Source of the DNA: an uncultured Gammaproteobacteria bacterium
Lineage (GTDB): Bacteria; Patescibacteriota; Patescibacteriia; UBA9934
Length of the DNA: 50,712 bases
NCBI GenBank assembly: GCA_964462325.1
Contig: CAYWYQ010000004.1
Coordinates: forward strand, 1-50,712
Direction of reading: 5' to 3'
The notes under the pieces were generated by a model. The model was not told the origin of the DNA, did no database searches, and saw nothing but the letters and a program-made list of their open reading frames with translations. Positions 48,260 to 50,712 of the stretch are shown here, piece by piece; position 1 is the stretch's first letter; every line of letters starts with the position of its first letter. The position numbers and the translations under genes were made by a program.

Positions 48260-48781
48260 ATGGCAAAAACTCGAGAGCAAAAACAGCAAATCGTGGCTGG
48301 TCTTACGGACAAGTTCCAAAATATGACATCGGCAACATTCGCTGAAGTATCGGGGCTTACCATGTCTCAGTCGGATGAACTCCGTCAAAAAGCAAGAGAA
48401 TCAGGGGCAGAGGTCTTCATTGCGAAGAAAACACTCCTTAAGCTCGCTATTGAAGGTGCGAAGATTGAAAATATCGATCCAAAGCAGCTCAATGGTTCCG
48501 TTATTACGGCAATTGCAGATGACGAAGTTGCAGCAGCGAAGTTGATCAAAGACTTTTCAAAGTCAAATGACTCACTTACGATTTTAGCTGGAATCCTTGA
48601 AGGCAAGGGAATTAGTGCCGAAGAGGTGAATCAGCTTGCGGCTCTTCCTGGAAAGGAACAGTTATTTGGACAATTGGTTGGTACATTGAATGCTCCTATT
48701 TCAGGATTTGCAAATGTGCTTGCTGGTAATATCCGAGGATTGGTAACGGTCCTAGGAGCAATCCAAGAACAAAAAGCTTAG
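48260..48781 (+). CDS. rplJ: 50S ribosomal protein L10
   Basis: MAKTREQK, GLT.....LR, KKTL, LA.LP.KEQL..QL. Confidence 0.96.
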   Translation: MAKTREQKQQIVAGLTDKFQNMTSATFAEVSGLTMSQSDELRQKARESGAEVFIAKKTLLKLAIEGAKIENIDPKQLNGSVITAIADDEVAAAKLIKDFSKSNDSLTILAGILEGKGISAEEVNQLAALPGKEQLFGQLVGTLNAPISGFANVLAGNIRGLVTVLGAIQEQKA

Positions 48782-48900
48782 ACGTTCTATTTGGTCCATT
48801 TTCGGCTCACGGGTCCCTTATTTCTTCTCACCGTACGTTTCAGTACGCCTGCGAATAAACATTCCCGTTCATCAAAACTGCATCCAAATATATCCGTCTA
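48779..48900 (+). repeat. GTAC-hairpin foldback element starting at the rplJ stop codon
   Basis: TAGacgttctatttgg...CGTACgtttcaGTACGcctgcg...ccaaatatatccgtcta. Confidence 0.8.
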
Positions 48901-48984
48901 TAAGATGAGTATTCACTATCTAAACTATAACGAACAGCTTATTTCTAATAGCTAAACGCTAAAAGCTAGTTAAAACATAAATAT

Positions 48985-49425
48985 ATGTCAGAAGAAACAA
49001 AGACAGCAGAAGTTGCTGAAACAAAAGAGGAAACTTCAGCAGAAGTTCCTGCTAAGTTCGAAAAAATCGTTGCAGAAATTGAAACAATGTCTGTAATCGA
49101 TCTATCAGAATTGGTAAAGGTTCTAGAAGATAAGTTCGGAGTAAGCGCTGCTGCTCCTGCAATGATGATGGCTGCACCAGCCGGTGGAGCTGCAGAGGGT
49201 GGAGCAGAAGAGCAAACATCATTTGATGTAGAACTTACAGAAGTTGGAGGTTCTAAAATCAATGTAATTAAAGCTGTTCGAACTATAACTGGTGAAGGTT
49301 TGAAGGAAGCGAAGGGAATGGTTGACGGAGCGCCAACAGTTGTAAAGGCTGGAGCTTCTAAGGAAGAAGCTGAGGAGCTGAAGAAACAGTTGGAAGAAGC
49401 TGGAGCAACAGTAACTCTAAAATAG
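48985..49425 (+). CDS. rplL: 50S ribosomal protein L7/L12
   Basis: [35 protein letters not shown]. Confidence 0.97.
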   Translation: MSEETKTAEVAETKEETSAEVPAKFEKIVAEIETMSVIDLSELVKVLEDKFGVSAAAPAMMMAAPAGGAAEGGAEEQTSFDVELTEVGGSKINVIKAVRTITGEGLKEAKGMVDGAPTVVKAGASKEEAEELKKQLEEAGATVTLK

Positions 49426-49559
49426 TCCTTCACTTGAAAATGAGCGCATTGCGCACTCAGGTCTATGGTCCTCGCTCCATGTACCAATCAGTACACTCCG
49501 CTACGGTCCTCGATCTTCGCGCACACTGCATCTCATTTTCTGCATGAATCAACTATTTT
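49419..49559 (+). repeat. GTAC-hairpin foldback element overlapping the rplL stop codon
   Basis: aaaaTAGt..ttcacttgaaaatgag...TGTACcaatcaGTACActccg...ctcattttctgcatgaa..actatttt. Confidence 0.8.
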
Positions 49560-49640
49560 ATAGTGAGGTGTTTTGTTAAATATCCTCATTGCATGATTCA
49601 GTTCTGAAACTTTATTCACGAATAGCCCAATCGGGCTATT

Positions 49641-49723
49641 TTGTGTATCCTGCTATTTTCATTCATCGTACTTTTCCAGTACGTCTGCGGTACAGGCTAG
49701 AATTTCACTGATATCTAACGCAA
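49641..49723 (+). repeat. Degenerate GTAC-hairpin element
   Basis: CGTACttttccaGTACGtctgcgg with weak arms. Confidence 0.5.
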
Positions 49724-49809
49724 TTATTGAACATTACTTTTCATACGTATGTATGATTTCAAAAAAGTCCCTTACGGGACTTTTTTGTTTGTGCACTTCA
49801 GGATTCGTT

Positions 49810-49894
49810 GCTGAAAGAGAGGTCCGACTTCAATCAGTGGGACTGATTCAGTCGGCACCTCAGACCGAAAGCGAGAAGTCGGACCTTAAGTCGT
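49810..49894 (-). repeat. Degenerate AGGTCnGACCT array related to 9887-10028
   Basis: Reverse complement cgacttaaggtccgacttctcgctt vs cgacttaaggtccgatctctcgctt at 9943. Confidence 0.65.
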
Positions 49895-50014
49895 ATTCTA
49901 GGTTGACAAAAGTGCTATTTTATGCTAGCGTGACATTTGGGTTATATGTTGGATCTACGCTGAATGTACAGTATTTTACTGTATATTCGGGGTACATTCA
50001 ATTTGGAGGCATTC

Positions 50015-50506
50015 GTGAAACTTTTTTTTGTCAATCTCTCAGTCATTCTGCTGACGATAGTGGAAAAACTCGATGATTATTTGAGGAAGATCAAAAAAGA
50101 AGATGCATCAGTGTCACAGATATCGCAACAAGATCCTTCCGATTTCATCGCCGCTATTGTTCTGTCCGTAAGGGGCAAAATACATGACGTGAAACGGATG
50201 TCAGATCGTGCAAGAATTGAATTTGTGTACGCAATTTTGTATGTGATGCTTGTACGTAAGAGTACCGCACATGGCACCCCTCAGCTATTGAGCAACGAAG
50301 ATGTGGATGTGGCAACTACTATGGTAGATGAGTACTACCTTGCTGCCTACCCGGATGTGTTCATGGATCCGAAACTGAAGCATTTCGAGGCCTTTTTGCA
50401 GAGTATCTCTTACCAGGGACACCTTGAATCCAACTCTTCGTGGTGTTGGCAATCTCCTATCCAGCTTCTTGACGTTTGGCAAGAGATGGACCATTCGTTA
50501 CATTGA
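50015..50506 (+). CDS. Hypothetical protein (probable GTG start after GGAGG)
   Basis: ORF 49964-50506; promoter TTGACA-N17-TAGCGT at 49903-49931; terminator at about 50532-50557. Confidence 0.55.
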   Translation: MKLFFVNLSVILLTIVEKLDDYLRKIKKEDASVSQISQQDPSDFIAAIVLSVRGKIHDVKRMSDRARIEFVYAILYVMLVRKSTAHGTPQLLSNEDVDVATTMVDEYYLAAYPDVFMDPKLKHFEAFLQSISYQGHLESNSSWCWQSPIQLLDVWQEMDHSLH

Positions 50507-50712
50507 GAAGCCGCATATAAATGCGGATCGTAAGTCGTCACTCAGACGACTTTTTTTATTTGTCAAAAATTAAGTCCGACTTAAACCGTATTCCTATATC
50601 GGATATAAAACGCCTCTTTTATATCCGATATGGAAGAGAAAAGACGGAGGAAACAGGTTGACATTGCCCGCGGCAAGCCCCAGTGCTTGTCACTGGGGAA
50701 GGATAGCGGACA

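Overview
Chromosomal window from a low-GC bacterium using standard code 11. Gene content and order point to Patescibacteria/CPR, probably Parcubacteria/ABY1 (inference). Core genes: a complete F-type ATP synthase operon (atpI/Z-B-E-F-H-A-G-D-C, with a Na+-type c-subunit), mraY-ftsW-murG, murD, ftsE-ftsX, xseA/xseB, archaeal-type pyrH, rpmA, rplJ-rplL with an L10 leader, tRNA-Lys(UUU) and tRNA-Thr(CGU). Scattered accessory genes include GNATs, an FGE-sulfatase lipoprotein, a PurE-like orphan, an ABC exporter and a large surface protein. The most unusual content is non-coding. (1) About 11 sequence-divergent but structurally similar ~80-140 bp foldback elements with a GTAC-N6-9-GTAC apical hairpin sit at junctions of atp, ribosomal-protein and tRNA genes. 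(2) Five copies of an ordered module, GAGGTTnAACCTC palindromes + DnaA box + AGGTCnGACCT palindromes, sit at core/accessory boundaries. (3) There are also nested REP-like doublets, CTA heptamer tracts, a tRNA-3'-end microelement and a GNAT gene flanked by 19-bp inverted repeats. A compact candidate defence island lies at 45.0-47.9 kb: MazG-like + GIY-YIG/DUF2075 helicase, then a CIRCE-preceded DUF2188 + HEPN-like pair. All family assignments are from motif recognition by eye; no searches were run.
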